From Clostridia bacterium (lineage in GTDB: Bacteria > Bacillota > Clostridia > Oscillospirales > CAG-272), in the NCBI GenBank assembly GCA_017537175.1, contig JAFYLH010000012.1, positions 65,375 through 129,374 of the forward strand: a DNA stretch of 64,000 nucleotides, read 5' to 3'. Made by a program: the position numbers and the translations under genes. This document shows positions 63,349-64,000 of the stretch, piece after piece. Every line of letters begins with the position of its first letter. Position 1 is the stretch's first letter. The notes below the pieces were generated by a model. The model did not search any database. It saw only the letters and a program-made list of their open reading frames with translations, and was not told the origin of the DNA.

Positions 63349-64000
63349 ATGAAAGCATTATCAAGAGTTTTAGCAATAGTCATATGCATTGCCGTGACCG
63401 TGACCTCGATCCCCGTGTTTGCAGAAAACGAAAAGGTTCCTGTAATATACGTTTTTGATGATCTTGTTCCACGCAGCTGGTATTTAAGTGGTATAAGCTT
63501 TTGCTATGAGCGTAACATTATGGCAGGGGTAGGGAATAACCGTTTTGAGCCGAACTCACCTCTGACCCGTGAAATGGTTGCTATGATGCTCTATAAATAT
63601 TTAAAAGAAGATGAAAAATACACCGAATACAGCTTTGATGACGTAGAGGCAGGAGCTTGGTATGCCGATGCGGTAGAATGGATGTACCGTAACGGATATA
63701 CCGCAGGCGTAAATGAAAAGGAATTCGGTGTCGGCAGATATATCACAAGACAGGATCTTATGACCCTTGTGTATAACGTTATATTCCGAGAGTGGTATCT
63801 TTGCGGCAATTATTATTATAGAGAAGATACCATAAAGAGCTTTAGCGATGCGGAAGAAATTTCGGATTATGCGTTTGAAGCTATGAGCTTTGCGGCGGGT
63901 CTTGCCTGGTCAGGGATGTGCAGGGGTAGCGGAGAGTATGAGATAGAGCCCATATTATACGGTAACAACGGAAAAATAAAACCCAAAGATAACTGTACCC
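63349..64000 (+). CDS. Secreted SLH-domain protein, 5' partial (runs off the window end)
   Basis: My own translation: MKALSRVLAIVICIAVTVTSIPVFAENEK...; SLH-like units (FDDLVPRSWYLSGISF..., FDDVEAGAWYADAVEWMYRNGYTAG...); AAAGGAGG RBS. Absent from the ORF track because no stop lies in the window. Confidence 0.7.
   Translation, partial: MKALSRVLAIVICIAVTVTSIPVFAENEKVPVIYVFDDLVPRSWYLSGISFCYERNIMAGVGNNRFEPNSPLTREMVAMMLYKYLKEDEKYTEYSFDDVEAGAWYADAVEWMYRNGYTAGVNEKEFGVGRYITRQDLMTLVYNVIFREWYLCGNYYYREDTIKSFSDAEEISDYAFEAMSFAAGLAWSGMCRGSGEYEIEPILYGNNGKIKPKDNCT

Overview
This looks like chromosomal core DNA from a spore-forming, Clostridia-class Firmicute. That is an inference from gene content and Bacillus-like synteny: tig-clpP-clpX, yabM-mazG-hup-yabO-yabP-yabQ-divIC, yqfC-yqfD-phoH-ybeY-era-recO, plus SLH and Listeria-Bacteroides-repeat surface proteins. 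I call about 63 protein-coding genes, mostly on the + strand and tightly packed, many behind near-consensus TTGACA-17-TATAAT promoters. Housekeeping genes include coaX, rplS, lepB, rbgA, rnhB, thrC, tig, clpPX, trmL, secA, rpe, ispDF, cdaAR, recJ, rel, dtd, mazG, hup, era, recO and mutS2. Accessory content: a 1475-aa secreted GH18-type protein, an SLH-anchored transglutaminase-like protein, a class B sortase locus with an SPSTG substrate and an LCP ligase, a DinJ/RelB-ParE/RelE toxin-antitoxin cassette, a DUF3343/cysteine-desulfurase cluster and a partial L-rhamnose cluster (rhaB, rhaA). By eye I found no rRNA, tRNA, CRISPR array, transposase or integrase. The most unusual signal is non-coding. 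(1) Two copies of a 240-300 bp element bounded by 15-bp terminal inverted repeats share a structured core whose stem differs completely in sequence between copies yet stays complementary (19411-19711, 47156-47396). (2) A mosaic intergenic repeat family is built from tandem heptads flanking a hairpin (10832-10920, 60451-60589, partial copies at 5063-5163 and 30501-30557). Its two heptad arms are complementary only in the sense-strand RNA. (3) A 170-bp array of eight GCTAAATT/AATTTAGC octamers in a 4+4 inverted arrangement, with self-complementary spacers, lies between ybeY and era. (4) An array of tetraloop hairpins joined by TGAAATG linkers lies between rhaA and a SIS-domain gene. (5) Two insertions, the TA cassette and element copy 1, are each bracketed by a duplicated terminator hairpin. 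All functional readings of these elements are hypotheses. Nothing here was checked against databases.
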